64,000 nt of DNA, taken from positions 20,557 through 84,556 of the forward strand of contig JBEIHX010000012.1 of the NCBI GenBank assembly GCA_040381075.1, read 5' to 3'. Position numbers and translations under genes: made by a program. The notes beneath the pieces were generated by a model. It had not been told where the DNA came from. It worked only from the letters and a program-made list of their open reading frames with translations, and searched no databases. Position 1 is the first letter of the stretch; every line of letters starts with the position of its first letter. The DNA is from Hyphomonadaceae bacterium (lineage in GTDB: Bacteria; Pseudomonadota; Alphaproteobacteria; Caulobacterales; Aquidulcibacteraceae). Of this stretch, positions 45,517-57,099 are shown piece by piece.

Positions 45517-47348
45517 CGTCGGCCGAACAGGCGCTCAATGTCCGCCAGCTTTAGTTCGACATAGGTCGGGCGGCCATGATTGCACTGCCCGGAATGCGCC
45601 GTGCGCTCCATGTCGCGCAGCAATGCATTCATTTCCTCCAGGCTCAGACGACGTCCGGCGCGCACGCTGGTGCGGCACGCCATGTCGCCTGCGATCTCCT
45701 GCAGACGCTCGCGCAGGCTCAATGCTGAATCGGTCTCGGCAAGATCATCTGCGATGTCGCGGATCAGGCCTTGAAGATCCAGCCGGGCGAGGATGGCAGG
45801 CGTCTCGGTCACGCTCACCGCTCCGGGTCCGAACGGTTCGATCACCAGGCCGAGTTCGGCGAGTTCGTGCGCGCGCGCGACAAGCCGCTCAGCGTCGCCC
45901 GGGTCGAGTTCCACGATTTCAGGGATCAGCAGCGCCTGGCGATGCACGCCGCCCGCCTCGAGCGCGGTCTTCATGCGCTCGTAGACCAGGCGCTCGTGAG
46001 CCGCGTGCTGGTCCACGATCACCAGACCGTCCTGCGTCTGGGCGATGATGTAGGTTTCATGCACCTGGGCGCGCGCCACGCCAAGGGGGTGGGCCCCAGA
46101 CCCGTCGACCCCGCCCGTGTCCTGATCCCCAGGCCTTGCAGCGACCTGCCCCGGGACGTGCGGACCTTGTCCCGCCAACGCCGCCGCGTCGCGCGGCGGG
46201 GAGATCGATGGGGCGAAACCGCGCGCGCTGAGGCCTCCAAGCCCCGGCAGCCGGGCGTCGGCGAACGGGCGCGCCGGCGCGACCATGGCGCCCACGCGCA
46301 GCGCCTCCAGCGCCGCGCCAGCCACAGTGCTCGAGGCGCGATGACCCGCCCCGGCGAGCGCGTGGCGCAGGGCCGAGATCATCAGACCCTTCACCAGACC
46401 CGGATCGCGGAAGCGAACCTCCGTCTTGGCGGGATGCACGTTGACGTCGACGAGCTCCGGGTCGAGGTCCACGAACAGCGCGACCAGGGGATGCCGGTCG
46501 CGCGCCAGGTAATCCTGATACGCAGCGCGCACCGCGCCGGTCAGCAGCTTGTCGCGGACCGGGCGGGCGTTGACGAAAAGATATTGGTGCGTGGCGGCCC
46601 CGCGGTTCAGCGTGGCGAGCCCCGCATATCCGCTCACCCGCACCCCGTCGCGCACCGCGTCGATCGCCAGCGCATTGTCGCTGAAGTCGTCGCCCATCAC
46701 AGCACCCAGGCGGCGGGCGCGATCCTGCGCCGGCGCGCGCAAGGCGCTGCGTGCGTCCAACGTAAGGTCAAAGCTGACGTCCGGGCGGGCCATGGCGAGG
46801 CGTTTCATCACATCCGCCACCGCCTGCGCCTCGGCCCGTTCCGAGCGCAGGAACTTCAGCCGCGCCGGGGTGGCGTAAAACAGATCGCGCACCTCAACCC
46901 GGGTGCCATGTCCTCCAAGCCCGCCCGCAGCGGCCGGGCCAGGCCCGGTGATGACGCCCCCGTCGACCGCGATCTGCGCCGCATCCGCGCCGGGCCGGCG
47001 CGACACGAGGCTCAATCTGGCGATCGCTCCGATCGAGGCGAGCGCTTCGCCGCGAAAGCCCATGGTGCGGATGTTCAGCAGGTCGACCCCGCCATCATCC
47101 TGCGCGCCAAGCTTGGATGTCGCATGGCGCTCCACTGCCGCCGGCAGTTCCTCGGCGGCGATGCCGCCTCCATCATCCTCGACGATTATGCGCCCGACGC
47201 CGCCCGCCTCGGCGCGCACTCCAATCCGCCGGGCCCCGGCGTCAAGCGCGTTTTCAACCAGTTCCTTGACCACGCTCGCCGGGCGCTCGACCACCTCGCC
47301 GGCGGCGATCCGGTTGATGACCTCAGGCGGCAGCTGGCGGATGGGCAT
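45513..47348 (-). CDS. mutL: DNA mismatch repair protein MutL
   Basis: Start at ATG 47348: [47 protein letters not shown]-terminal dimerisation domain. The upstream 163 codons of the track ORF are non-conserved. Confidence 0.92.
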   Translation of the reverse strand: MPIRQLPPEVINRIAAGEVVERPASVVKELVENALDAGARRIGVRAEAGGVGRIIVEDDGGGIAAEELPAAVERHATSKLGAQDDGGVDLLNIRTMGFRGEALASIGAIARLSLVSRRPGADAAQIAVDGGVITGPGPAAAGGLGGHGTRVEVRDLFYATPARLKFLRSERAEAQAVADVMKRLAMARPDVSFDLTLDARSALRAPAQDRARRLGAVMGDDFSDNALAIDAVRDGVRVSGYAGLATLNRGAATHQYLFVNARPVRDKLLTGAVRAAYQDYLARDRHPLVALFVDLDPELVDVNVHPAKTEVRFRDPGLVKGLMISALRHALAGAGHRASSTVAGAALEALRVGAMVAPARPFADARLPGLGGLSARGFAPSISPPRDAAALAGQGPHVPGQVAARPGDQDTGGVDGSGAHPLGVARAQVHETYIIAQTQDGLVIVDQHAAHERLVYERMKTALEAGGVHRQALLIPEIVELDPGDAERLVARAHELAELGLVIEPFGPGAVSVTETPAILARLDLQGLIRDIADDLAETDSALSLRERLQEIAGDMACRTSVRAGRRLSLEEMNALLRDMERTAHSGQCNHGRPTYVELKLADIERLFGRR

Positions 47349-47691
47349 GGCGGGGCGGCTTTCCTGGCGGGGCCGGCGCACGGCGCGCGCCAGCCCTGTC
47401 TTATCGCCGGATTCGCGCCGGTCGCGATGAACTGTGCAGCGCCGGGGTTGCGCCCGCCGCGTGGTCGCCCGTCCTGAACCGTCCTGGCCCCCTCTCATGG
47501 GGCCCTGCCTGCGCCGCCCGGGGCGAGGGGGCGCCGGTTTGGGACGCAACGCACCGGGGGCTGGAGGCCCCGCGGGCGTGGTCCGGCCCGACGTCCACGC
47601 CGTCGGCCGGCCCCAGGCATTGCGCCGGTCTGACGGCTGATGAAACCGTGCGGCCGAGCGGTCGCGCCGGCCGGGCCGGCGGCGCGCCAGA

Positions 47692-47730
47692 GCTGCGGGC
47701 CTGGGCTGCGGGCCTGGGCTGCGGGGCCCC
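47692..47730. repeat. tandem repeat, 13-bp unit GCTGCGGGCCTGG x3
   Basis: Read directly in the divergent spacer between mutL and the acyl-CoA synthetase gene. Confidence 0.8.
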
Positions 47731-47858
47731 CTGACCGAGTGCAGCATCCGCCTGTCGGCGGCGAAGACGCTGTAAATCAGGCGCAATTCTGATATGAAGC
47801 CCGACGCAGCGTCTGGCGCATGCGGGACATGGCGCACAGACCCGGGGAGGACACCACC

Positions 47859-49427
47859 ATGATCGACACCTCCGGCTGGCGCACCCTCGCCGACGGACTG
47901 ACAGCGCAGGCCAAGGCCCGTCCGAATGACGTCGCCATGGTCTTTGAGGACCGCGAAACAACCTTTGCGGATCTGGAGCGGCGCTCAGGTCAGGTGGCTG
48001 CAGGGCTGAGGGCGGCAGGCGTCCGCGCCGATGACCGTGTGGCGATCCTGACCAAGAACTCCGACCGCTACTACGAAGTGCTGTTCGGCTGCGCCAAGGC
48101 CGGGGCCGCCCTCGTCGGCGTCAACTGGCGTCTGGCGGCGCCGGAGATGGTGTTCATCCTCAACAACGCCGAAGCGCAGGTCCTTTTCGTGGGCCGCGAC
48201 TTCGCGGATCTGGTCGCGACGATCCAAGGCGAGGTCGAGCGCCCAATGCTGGTCATCGCGCTTGACGACGACGACCCGCGATTTCCGGGCTACGCCGACT
48301 GGCGCGATGGATGCGCGCCGGCGCTGGCTGACCCCAGCCTCGGGCCAAGCCATGACATCATCCAGCTTTACACCTCAGGCACCACCGGGCTGCCGAAGGG
48401 CGTCATGCTGACAAACGCCAACTACATCGCCTTCTTCGGTTTCGCGAGCCAGCTTGAATGGTCGAGCTATGAGCCTGGCGATCCTGTCCTGCTCGCCATG
48501 CCGCAGTTTCATGTCGCCGGCGTGAATGTTGGGATCCTCGCCATCATCCAGGGCGCCAAGGCGGTGATCGTCAAGGAAATCGACCCGCAGCGCATCCTTG
48601 CGATGCTGCAGGACTTCAGAATCCGCCACGCCTTCTTCGTGCCCGCTGTGATCCTTCTGCTGTTGCAGACGCCGGGCTGCGAAACCGCCGATTTTTCGCA
48701 TCTGCGCCAGATCTTCTATGGCGCCTCTCCGATTACCGAAGAACTGCTCAAGCGCGCGCAGGCCCGCTTCGGCGCGCGCTTCACCCAACTCTATGGCCTC
48801 ACCGAAACAGTTGGCGCAGGCACGTATCTTGATGACGCGAGCCACGATCCCGGGCGCGGCAAACTGCGCGCCTGCGGCGTTCCCTGGCCGGGGGTGGAGG
48901 TCGTCTGCGTGCGTCCCGACGGATCACGCTGCGCCGTCGGCGAAGTCGGCGAGGTGGCGATCCGCTCGGACGTCGTGATGAAAGGTTACTGGCGCAACCC
49001 CGAGGCCTCCATGGCCGCCATCCGTGATGGCTGGTTCCACACCGGCGACGCGGCCTTTTTCGACGAAGAAGGCTATCTCTTCATCCATGACCGGGTGAAG
49101 GATATGATCGTGTCGGGCGGCGAGAACATCTATCCGGCCGAAGTTGAGAACGCCATTTTCGGTCACCCGGATGTCGCAGACGTCGCTGTCATCGGAGTTC
49201 CGGATGAGAAGTGGGGCGAGGCCGTGAAGGCGATCGTCGTGGCCAAACCCGGCGTCACTCCCGATCCGGCCTCCATCATCGCCCATGCGCGCGCGCGCAT
49301 CGCTGGTTACAAGGTTCCCAAATCGGTCGACTTCACGCACGCCCTGCCGCGCAACCCGTCTGGAAAGATCCTGCGCCGGGAATTGCGCGAGCCGTACTGG
49401 CGCGGCCATGTGCGGCGGGTGAGTTGA
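47859..49427 (+). CDS. AMP-dependent acyl-CoA synthetase (long-chain-fatty-acid-CoA ligase-like)
   Basis: AMP-binding motif [37 protein letters not shown]. Start at ATG 47859 after GGGGAGGA. Confidence 0.85.
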   Translation: MIDTSGWRTLADGLTAQAKARPNDVAMVFEDRETTFADLERRSGQVAAGLRAAGVRADDRVAILTKNSDRYYEVLFGCAKAGAALVGVNWRLAAPEMVFILNNAEAQVLFVGRDFADLVATIQGEVERPMLVIALDDDDPRFPGYADWRDGCAPALADPSLGPSHDIIQLYTSGTTGLPKGVMLTNANYIAFFGFASQLEWSSYEPGDPVLLAMPQFHVAGVNVGILAIIQGAKAVIVKEIDPQRILAMLQDFRIRHAFFVPAVILLLLQTPGCETADFSHLRQIFYGASPITEELLKRAQARFGARFTQLYGLTETVGAGTYLDDASHDPGRGKLRACGVPWPGVEVVCVRPDGSRCAVGEVGEVAIRSDVVMKGYWRNPEASMAAIRDGWFHTGDAAFFDEEGYLFIHDRVKDMIVSGGENIYPAEVENAIFGHPDVADVAVIGVPDEKWGEAVKAIVVAKPGVTPDPASIIAHARARIAGYKVPKSVDFTHALPRNPSGKILRRELREPYWRGHVRRVS

Positions 49428-49439
49428 CGCGCGCTGCGC

Positions 49440-50276
49440 CTAGAATCCGCTGAGCGCGAGCTCGATGCGGCTTGCCTGGGCGGTCACAAGGCTGGCTGCA
49501 GCGGGCGCGTCGGGCGCCACCGGGGCGGGAAACAGCGCCAGGAGGGTCTCGATCTCCCTGCGCGCCCGCGCTGCGCGCGCCGCATCGATCCGTTTCAGCT
49601 TCGCCTCCGCCATTGCGAAGGCGTCCGCCGCCGACAGCGCCGCGCCATAGGCATGCTGATACTCCACCGGATCGACGCCCTCCGGCGTCACGACGCCCGC
49701 ATAGAGTCCCTCGGCGATCCGGGTCATGCCATAGGCCACGTCCTGGGGGCGCGCCCGGTCGGCCGCAGCGGCTGCGTCCAGTCGCGCGATCAACGCCCGC
49801 AGGCGCCCGGCTGCGTCTGGCCGCCCGTCAAAGAGGGCTGTTTCGGTTTCCTCCAGAGCTGTCGCAAGGTCGCCCAGCCCAGCCTCCGCGAACACCGCGG
49901 CCACAGGCGTGAAGGCTTCCAGCTTTCCCTGGCCGACCAGCGCGCCGGCCTCCGCCGGCGCACCGGCGGCGCGCACCTTCTCGGCGATCAGCAGGAAGCC
50001 CTTCAGATGGGCGAGCCTCAGTCCATACGCGCTTTCCGGGGCGATTTCCTCGTAAGCCCCGCGCGCACCGGCCTCGCCGCTCTCCCCGCCGCCGCCAGCC
50101 ACAGGCGTTGGCGCTGCAGACGGATCAACGCCGGCGCCGGCTATCCCGCCCTCGGCCGGCGGACCGTGTCCGCCCTTGTAAAGTTCGCTCACCAGAGCGA
50201 AACCAGTCGCGCCGAGCAGGGCTCCAACGCTCAGCCCGACCCAGAACTTCGGCCAGGAATTGGGACCGTCCGCCAT
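49440..50276 (-). CDS. hypothetical membrane-anchored protein with Gly/Ala linker and helical domain
   Basis: 278 aa. N-terminal TM FWVGLSVGALLGATGFALV, low-complexity linker, ~200-aa helical region. No motif recognised. Confidence 0.5.
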   Translation of the reverse strand: MADGPNSWPKFWVGLSVGALLGATGFALVSELYKGGHGPPAEGGIAGAGVDPSAAPTPVAGGGGESGEAGARGAYEEIAPESAYGLRLAHLKGFLLIAEKVRAAGAPAEAGALVGQGKLEAFTPVAAVFAEAGLGDLATALEETETALFDGRPDAAGRLRALIARLDAAAAADRARPQDVAYGMTRIAEGLYAGVVTPEGVDPVEYQHAYGAALSAADAFAMAEAKLKRIDAARAARARREIETLLALFPAPVAPDAPAAASLVTAQASRIELALSGF

Positions 50277-50367
50277 CTCAGCTCCCGTGCCGCGCCATGC
50301 TCTGAAACGGGTCTAGCGGGGCAGCGATGTTTCTGCAACTCATTCGCAAAAGTGCCGCGTCGCCATC

Positions 50368-51024
50368 ATGATGCTCCTGCGCCATCCCTTTCTTCCACCC
50401 GACGATGTGGAGCGCCTGCGCCTTGAAGCGGACGGGCTGACCTTTCGCGATGGACGCGCCACCGCCGGCGCGTTCGCCCGCACGGTCAAAGCCAACCTGC
50501 AGGCTGACCCCGCTGCGGCGCGGGGGATCGTCGATTTCGTGGTCGCCCGACTGCGCGCCGATCCTGTCGTGCAGGCCGCCGCCTGGCCGCGCCAGATCGG
50601 CGCCGTCATGATCACGCGCAGCGACACTGGCATGGGCTACGGTCCGCATGTCGACAATGCGCTGCTCGGGGAGGGGACCGGGCGACTGCGCGGCGATCTC
50701 GCGTTCACCCTCTTCCTGTCCGAACCCGAAGCCTATGACGGGGGCGAACTTGTGATCATGGCCGCAGACGGCGAGCGCCGGTTCAAGCCTCCCCCAGGCG
50801 GGCTTGTGCTTTACCCGGCGTCCACAATCCATCGCGTTGAGACAGTGACGCGCGGATCGCGGCTGGCCGTGGTCGGATGGATTGAAAGTTCAGTGCGCGC
50901 GCAATCGCAGCGCGACATCCTGTTTGATCTCGCCAACCTGCGCGCCAGCCTGAGCGACCCCGCCCAGATCCTCATCCTCGACAAGGCGATCAGCAATCTG
51001 CTGCGGGCATGGGCGCAGGCCTGA
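50368..51024 (+). CDS. Fe(II)/2-oxoglutarate-dependent PKHD-type hydroxylase (PiuC/YbiX family)
   Basis: 218 aa: GYGPHVDNAL (HxD), LFLSEPEAYDGGELV, STIHRVETVTRGSRLA (distal His, Arg). Confidence 0.8.
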   Translation: MMLLRHPFLPPDDVERLRLEADGLTFRDGRATAGAFARTVKANLQADPAAARGIVDFVVARLRADPVVQAAAWPRQIGAVMITRSDTGMGYGPHVDNALLGEGTGRLRGDLAFTLFLSEPEAYDGGELVIMAADGERRFKPPPGGLVLYPASTIHRVETVTRGSRLAVVGWIESSVRAQSQRDILFDLANLRASLSDPAQILILDKAISNLLRAWAQA

Positions 51025-51036
51025 GCCGCCGGCTCG

Positions 51037-51110
51037 GGGGCCAGACTTTGGGGCCGGACTTTGGGGCCGGACTTTGGGGCTGGGCTTTGGGGCTGGACTT
51101 TGGGGCTGGG
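51037..51110. repeat. tandem repeat, 13-bp unit GGGGCCGGACTTT x5-6 with variants
   Basis: Read directly just after the piuC-like stop. Confidence 0.9.
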
Positions 51111-51153
51111 CGCGGCTGCGGTGACGCGAACTCCACTGCGGCCCGGCGTTGTC

Positions 51154-51768
51154 TCAGCGCGTCAGGCGCGCGATCGCGGCGCTGACGGCCGCCACCATGC
51201 CAGGCATGTCGCCGTCGCTTGAATCAAGAACACTGTCGGCAAGCGCGCGCTGCGGCGCGATATGCACGGCGTGCATCGGCTCCACGGTCGCATCGAATTG
51301 CATGGCTGCAAAGTCAGCTGTGCGCCCACGCTCGGCGACGTCGCGCGCCACCCGCCGCGCCCGGCGCACCCCGCGCGCGGCGTCAATGAAAACGGCGAGG
51401 TCGAAATGACGCCGGACCGGCTCGCTCGCCAGCACATGCAGACCTTCCACGATCACGAGGCTGCGGGCCTGATCCCATGTCTCGAAACCGGTGCGGGTGT
51501 GCGTGGCGAAAGCATACACCGGCTTGTCGAACGCCTCGCGCCGACGCAGTGCGCCAAGGTGCTGGGCCAGCAGGGCGTGGTCCTTCGCCGCCGGTTCGTC
51601 GAAGTTGTGGGTTGCAGGGTCAAAGGCAGGCATGGCGCTGCTGCACCGGTAGTAGCTGTCTTCCGCCAGGATCGCTGCATCGCCATGGCGGCCCCTGAGT
51701 TCCCGCGCCAGGGTCGTTTTGCCCGAAGCTGACCCTCCGGCGACGCCGACGATGAACGGAGCCGGCAT
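51154..51768 (-). CDS. udk: uridine kinase / phosphoribulokinase-family nucleoside kinase
   Basis: Start at ATG 51768: MPAPFIVGVAGGSASGKTTLAREL P-loop, with family-typical length. Confidence 0.7.
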   Translation of the reverse strand: MPAPFIVGVAGGSASGKTTLARELRGRHGDAAILAEDSYYRCSSAMPAFDPATHNFDEPAAKDHALLAQHLGALRRREAFDKPVYAFATHTRTGFETWDQARSLVIVEGLHVLASEPVRRHFDLAVFIDAARGVRRARRVARDVAERGRTADFAAMQFDATVEPMHAVHIAPQRALADSVLDSSDGDMPGMVAAVSAAIARLTR

Positions 51769-51772
51769 CACA

Positions 51773-52663
51773 TCACCGCGTGGGCACGGGTTCTTCGCCT
51801 CGATAGTCGTAGAAGCCGCGACCTGTCTTGCGGCCGAGCCAGCCCGCTTCGACATACTTCACGAGCAACGGACACGGACGGTATTTGCTGTCCGCCAGGC
51901 CGTCATGCAGCACCTGCATGATCGACAGGCAGGTGTCCAGGCCGATGAAATCGGCAAGTTCCAGGGGGCCCATGGGGTGGTTCGCCCCGAGGCGCAGCGC
52001 TGTATCGATGGAGCGCACGGTTCCGACGCCTTCATACAGCGTATAGATCGCCTCGTTGATCATCGGCACGAGCACGCGGTTGACGATGAAGGCTGGAAAA
52101 TCCTCCGCATTCGCAACCGTTTTGCCGAGCCGGTTCGACAGCGCCACCGCCATGTCATAGGTGTCTTCGCTGGTCGCCAGCCCGCGGATGACCTCCACAA
52201 GCTTCATCAGCGGCACGGGGTTCATGAAGTGCAGGCCGATGAACTTCTCAGGACGATCGGTAATCGCCCCCAGGCGGGTGATCGAAATGGACGAGGTATT
52301 CGAGGCCAGATACGCCTCTGGCCTGACGATGCGGACGATCTCGGTGAAGATCTTCTTCTTCACCTCCTCATTTTCCGTCGCCGACTCGATGACGAGGTCG
52401 CATGGCTCGAGATCGGTCATCGCCAGACTGCGTGCGATGCGCGCCATCGCCTCATCCATCGACGTCTGCGTCACCATTCCGCGGCTGACCTGACGGCCCA
52501 TATTGTGGCGGATGGTCGCAAGCGCTTCATCGATGCGGCGCTCGGCGGCGTCATGCAGAAGGACCTGGTAGCCGGCCAGCGCGCAGACGTGGGCGATGCC
52601 ATTGCCCATCTGACCCGCGCCGATCACGCCGATGGTCTTCAGCTCGGTCGTCGTCTTAGTCAT
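51773..52663 (-). CDS. hbd: 3-hydroxybutyryl-CoA dehydrogenase
   Basis: [19 protein letters not shown] motif, [33 protein letters not shown]. Confidence 0.9.
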   Translation of the reverse strand: MTKTTTELKTIGVIGAGQMGNGIAHVCALAGYQVLLHDAAERRIDEALATIRHNMGRQVSRGMVTQTSMDEAMARIARSLAMTDLEPCDLVIESATENEEVKKKIFTEIVRIVRPEAYLASNTSSISITRLGAITDRPEKFIGLHFMNPVPLMKLVEVIRGLATSEDTYDMAVALSNRLGKTVANAEDFPAFIVNRVLVPMINEAIYTLYEGVGTVRSIDTALRLGANHPMGPLELADFIGLDTCLSIMQVLHDGLADSKYRPCPLLVKYVEAGWLGRKTGRGFYDYRGEEPVPTR

Positions 52664-53251
52664 GGTGCGGCCCAGGCTCCAAAGCGATGGCCCGGCCAGG
52701 CGCGGGCGAAACGGTACTCATCAGCCTTTGTAACCAATCGTGCTGCGTTGCAGCAAGGGCCTTCCTGGCCGCACCCTGCGGGTCGGGTCGGCCATGAGGC
52801 GGCGTGTCGCTGCAGCAGGCCCCGTCAACGCCCAACCCTGAAAACGCCCAACCCGGGAAAACGCCTGGCCCTGCACCCCCGGCTGCGGAAGCTGGGCCCC
52901 GCAAGCCGGGGCCAATCCGCCAGGGGCGCGCCCCGGCCGGCCAACCCGGCTGCGCCGGACCAGACCTGCCGCCCGCGCTGAGGTTTTCGACCCGAACCCC
53001 GAATGTCCGCCTGGGCCTCGCCAGAGTTCAGCCAGAGACCAGCCAAAGTCCAGCCAGAGACCAGCCTAAATCCCGAACCCACGCAGGCAGCGGCGTGAAC
53101 GCGCGATTTGCCGGCCATGAGAGCCGAAGACGGTCCGCCATGAGCGCGCCCAGCTGTCCAGGCGCAACGACACCCAGGCGCAGCGACACCCAGGCGCAAA
53201 GTCCTGACCCTGTACTCAGGCGAAGACGCGTTTATTGAGACGGCGGCGTGC

Positions 53252-54196
53252 TTACACGCCCGCCTTCTCCAGCTCCGTCACCAGCTCGGGCACCACCGCG
53301 AACAAGTCCCCGACCAGCCCGAAATCCGCCACCTGGAAGATCGGCGCCTCCTCATCCTTGTTGATTGCAACGATGAATTTGGAGTCTTTCATTCCCGCCA
53401 GATGCTGGATCGCACCGGAAATCCCGACTGCGACGTAAAGCTCCGGCGCCACTGTCTTGCCGGTCTGTCCAACCTGATAGTCGTTGGGCGCGTAACCGGC
53501 GTCGACGGCTGCGCGTGACGCTCCAACCGCCGCCCCAAGCCTGTCTGCCAGGGGCACAATGTACTTCTCGAAGTTTTCGCCCGACGCCAGCGCCCGTCCG
53601 CCCGAGACCACCCGTTTGGCTGCCGTGAGCTCCGGGCGGTCAGACTTCGTGACTTCCTCGCCGAGGAACGCGCTCTTGAACGGACCTGTCGGCGCCGCGA
53701 CGCTCTCCACGCCCGCCGCGCCGCCCTCCGCCGCCGCCTTGAAGGCGGTGGGTTGCACGGTCAGCACTTTCCTGGCGTCGGTTGACTCAACCGTCAGCAG
53801 CGCGTTTCCGGCATAGATCGGGCGCACGAAGGTATTGGACGACAGCACCGCGATGACGCCGGACAGCTGCATCACGTCGAGACGCGCCGCCACCCGCGGG
53901 GCCACGTTCTTGCCGGTGGTGTCGGCGGCGAACATCACCGCATCGTAGTTTGCAGCCAGGGGCGCGATCAGCGCCTCCATCGGTTCGGCGATCTGCTGGG
54001 CCAGGGAGGGGCCGTCCGCATGCAGAACCTTGCGCACGCCCGAGATCCGCGCCGCCGCCGCCGCCACGCCGGCCGCGCCATCGCCCGCAACCAGAATGTC
54101 GATATCGCCGCCAAACGCCTGGGCCGCCGAAACCACCTTGCTGGTGGCCTCCTTCAGGGTCGCATTGTCATGCGACGCAATCACCAGAACGGCCAT
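53252..54196 (-). CDS. etfA: electron transfer flavoprotein alpha subunit
   Basis: 314 aa with FAD-binding C-terminal region [39 protein letters not shown]. Confidence 0.93.
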   Translation of the reverse strand: MAVLVIASHDNATLKEATSKVVSAAQAFGGDIDILVAGDGAAGVAAAAARISGVRKVLHADGPSLAQQIAEPMEALIAPLAANYDAVMFAADTTGKNVAPRVAARLDVMQLSGVIAVLSSNTFVRPIYAGNALLTVESTDARKVLTVQPTAFKAAAEGGAAGVESVAAPTGPFKSAFLGEEVTKSDRPELTAAKRVVSGGRALASGENFEKYIVPLADRLGAAVGASRAAVDAGYAPNDYQVGQTGKTVAPELYVAVGISGAIQHLAGMKDSKFIVAINKDEEAPIFQVADFGLVGDLFAVVPELVTELEKAGV

Positions 54197-54198
54197 CG

Positions 54199-54951
54199 TC
54201 AGATCACCCCTGCTTCGTGTTTCAGCTTCTGGACCAGTTCTTCCACCGTCTTCACCTTGACGCCGGCGGTCCGCTTCGGCGGTTCAGTCACCTTGACGAC
54301 CTTCAGGCGCGGCGTGACGTCGACGCCAAAATCGGCTGGCGTTTTGACGTCAATCGGCTTCTTCTTGGCCTTCATGATGTTCGGCAACGACGCGTAGCGC
54401 GGCTCATTGAGCCGCAGATCGGTCGTCACGATCGCCGGCAGGCTGATCGCCAGCGTCTGCAGTCCGCCATCGACTTCCCGCGTGACGTTCACCCCGGTGT
54501 CGGTTCTGTCCAGCTTCGAGGCGAAGGTCGCCTGCGGCCAGCCGAGCATCGCTGCGAGCATCTGACCCGTCTGGTTGGAATCGTCATCGATCGCCTGCTT
54601 GCCCAGAATGACGAGGTCGGGTGCTTCCGTCTGCGCCAGCCTGGCGAGGATCTTCGCCACAGCAAGCGGCTCCACCGCCTCGTCCGTCTGCACCAGGACG
54701 CCGCGGTCGGCGCCCATGGCGAGTGCGGTGCGGATGGTTTCCTGCGCCTGGGCCGGTCCGATGGAGACCACCACGATCTCCCCCGTCGCGACGCCCTTCT
54801 CCTTCAGGCGCACCGCCTCTTCCACGGCGATTTCACAGAACGGATTGATCGACATCTTTACATTTGCGAGATCGACCCCGGTCTGATCGGGTTTGACGCG
54901 AACCTTCACGTTGTAGTCGATCACCCGCTTGACGGGGACGAGCAGTTTCAT
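54199..54951 (-). CDS. etfB: electron transfer flavoprotein beta subunit
   Basis: Start at ATG 54951: [20 protein letters not shown]...[14 protein letters not shown]. Ends 2 bp upstream of etfA. Confidence 0.93.
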   Translation of the reverse strand: MKLLVPVKRVIDYNVKVRVKPDQTGVDLANVKMSINPFCEIAVEEAVRLKEKGVATGEIVVVSIGPAQAQETIRTALAMGADRGVLVQTDEAVEPLAVAKILARLAQTEAPDLVILGKQAIDDDSNQTGQMLAAMLGWPQATFASKLDRTDTGVNVTREVDGGLQTLAISLPAIVTTDLRLNEPRYASLPNIMKAKKKPIDVKTPADFGVDVTPRLKVVKVTEPPKRTAGVKVKTVEELVQKLKHEAGVI

Positions 54952-55309
54952 GCCGAACTCCAAGCAAAAGGAGGGCCGCAAGCCACGCGCCTCGGCCCCG
55001 TCTGAAACCCTTTGAACCCCAGGCGTCCGGAACCCGGGCGCGGGGCGACGACAAAGCGGGGGGAAACTACTTGGGTTGTGCGCGCCCCGTCAACGCGGCC
55101 GCCGCAGCCGGATCGCGCCAGATTCAGCGTCTTGCGCCCGGTTCAAACGCTTCCGTGCGACTGCAGCGCCGGCCGGCCGGCCCGCCCCGAACCCTTCCCA
55201 GGCGCCCTGCTGCGGGCCCCACTGCGCACCCTGGGCGCAACCGCGCCGCCATCCCGGACTGGGGTGCGCGCGGCCGCCGCCAGCCGGCTGCCGCGACGCC
55301 GGCCCCAGC

Positions 55310-56089
55310 TCACGGCGCCGCCGGTCCCTCGACCGTGACGCTCAGGCCATCGCCGGCAGGGGCAATGGTGGCGCGCACACCGTAAGCGGCGGCGAGCACG
55401 GCTGGCGTGGCCGCCGCCGCCGGCGGTGCATCTGCGATCAGACGGCCATCGGCCAGCACCGCGATGCGGGCTGCAAACCGGGCGGCCATCGCGACGTCAT
55501 GCACAACAATCAGCGCCGCGCCGCCCGCAGCTGCGAAGTCAGCGATCAGGCGCATCACCTGCCAGGCGTGCAATGGGTCCAGCGCCGCAATCGGTTCATC
55601 GGCGATCAGGACGCGCGCCTCAGCGGCGAGCGCCCGGGCCACATGAACGCGCGCCAGCTCTCCCCCCGACAGGGTGTCCGCCGGCCTGTCGGCCAAGGCC
55701 TCAAGTTCGCAGGACTCAAGGGCGCGCGCCACCGCCGCGGCGTCCGCATGTCCGAGCGCGCCGAGCCGCGCCCCATGCGCGAAACGACCGAGCGCAACCA
55801 CGTCACGCACCCTCAGCGGCCATGCCAGGGGACGCTGCTGGGGCAGATAGGCCAGCGCCCGCGCCCGTGCGGCTGGCGCAAGCCGGCGCGGATCCGCACC
55901 GTCCAGACGCACCTGTCCCGCGTCCGGCGCCAGAAGACCTGCGCCCAGGCGCGCCAGCGTGGTTTTGCCCGCCCCGTTCGCACCGAGCAACGCCACCACC
56001 TCGCCCGCCCGCACGGCCAGATTGACGTCGTGAAGCACCCGCCGCCCGCCTTGCGCCCTTGCGACGCCGGTGAAGACCAGATCAGCCAT
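55310..56089 (-). CDS. ABC transporter ATP-binding protein (BtuD/FecE/HmuV-type)
   Basis: GANGAGKTTL Walker A, LSGGELARV signature, LIADEP Walker B. Last gene of the riboswitch-controlled operon. Confidence 0.85.
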   Translation of the reverse strand: MADLVFTGVARAQGGRRVLHDVNLAVRAGEVVALLGANGAGKTTLARLGAGLLAPDAGQVRLDGADPRRLAPAARARALAYLPQQRPLAWPLRVRDVVALGRFAHGARLGALGHADAAAVARALESCELEALADRPADTLSGGELARVHVARALAAEARVLIADEPIAALDPLHAWQVMRLIADFAAAGGAALIVVHDVAMAARFAARIAVLADGRLIADAPPAAAATPAVLAAAYGVRATIAPAGDGLSVTVEGPAAP

Positions 56090-57099
56090 CAGACGGGCTC
56101 GCCGCCCCGCCGTGCGGCGATCCAGACAAAGGCAGGCGCGCCGATAAGCGCTGCAACAACGCCAAGGCGCAGTTCCGTATCGCCCGGCGCGATGCGCGCC
56201 AGCACGTCGGCCAGCGCCAGCATCGCTCCGCCCATCAGCGCCGATGGCGCCAGCGTGCGCGCCGGGTCATGGCCGACCAGCGGGCGCGCGAGGTGCGGCG
56301 CGACGATGCCGACGAAACCGATGGCGCCGGCCAGCGCGACGCTCGCCCCGGTCGCGAGGCCCGCCCCGACAATCACCAGCAGGCGCGTCCGGACAAGATC
56401 AAGACCCGCGCCCGCCGCAGCCTCCTCTCCCAGGCTCAAGACCGTCAGCCCCCGACCTGACAGGCGCAGCAGAATGACGCCCGCAGCCAGGATTGGCGCG
56501 ACAAGCGCGATGTCTGAGAAACTGCGGTTCGCCACCGATCCCAGCATCCAGGACACGAGGTCCGACAAAGCGAAAGGATTTGGGGCGAGGTTGAGCACGA
56601 GCGCCATGAGCGCGCCGGCGAAGCTGGACAGTCCCACGCCGATGAGGATCAGCGCCACCACGCCTGACGTGCGCAGCGCCGCCGCGCCAATCAGCGCCGT
56701 CGCGGCCAGCGCCCCGCCGATCGCCGCTGCGGCGGGGGCGAAGGGCCAGACCGCCGCGACCCCGAAGGCCAGCGCCGAGGTGGCGGCGAGCGCCGCGCTC
56801 GCCGAAACCCCAAGCACGCCGGGCTCGGCCAACGGATTGCGCAGCAATCCCTGCAGCGCCGCCCCGGAAAGCCCCAAGGCCGCGCCAACCAGAAACGCAG
56901 CGATGCTGCGCGGGGCGCGGATCTGCCAGATCACGATTGCATCCCCCGGGGTCCCGGCGCCCACCAGCGCCGCCGCCAGGCGCTCTGCCCCGAGCGGCGT
57001 CGGTCCCACCATCACGCCGGCCAGCACGGCGCCCGCGGCGACGGCGCAGAGTCCCAGCAGCAGCCCTGCATCGCGGGAAACTCCGGTCGGGCGCCTCAT
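56089..57099 (-). CDS. FecCD-family ABC permease (BtuC-like)
   Basis: 336 aa, ~9-10 TM helices, FecCD-type conserved region GAIGFVGIVAPHLAR. 1-nt overlap with the ATPase gene. Confidence 0.85.
   Translation of the reverse strand: MRRPTGVSRDAGLLLGLCAVAAGAVLAGVMVGPTPLGAERLAAALVGAGTPGDAIVIWQIRAPRSIAAFLVGAALGLSGAALQGLLRNPLAEPGVLGVSASAALAATSALAFGVAAVWPFAPAAAAIGGALAATALIGAAALRTSGVVALILIGVGLSSFAGALMALVLNLAPNPFALSDLVSWMLGSVANRSFSDIALVAPILAAGVILLRLSGRGLTVLSLGEEAAAGAGLDLVRTRLLVIVGAGLATGASVALAGAIGFVGIVAPHLARPLVGHDPARTLAPSALMGGAMLALADVLARIAPGDTELRLGVVAALIGAPAFVWIAARRGGEPV

Noticed and set aside
45771-47477. 568-aa ORF on the + strand
   Set aside because: It is antisense to mutL, has an Arg-rich composition, and has no motifs.
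50277-50367. Fur/iron box upstream of the piuC-like gene (tgcaactcattcgca)
   Set aside because: It is only a weak partial palindrome with poor similarity to Fur, RirA or Irr consensus sequences. It is not supportable without a genome-specific matrix.
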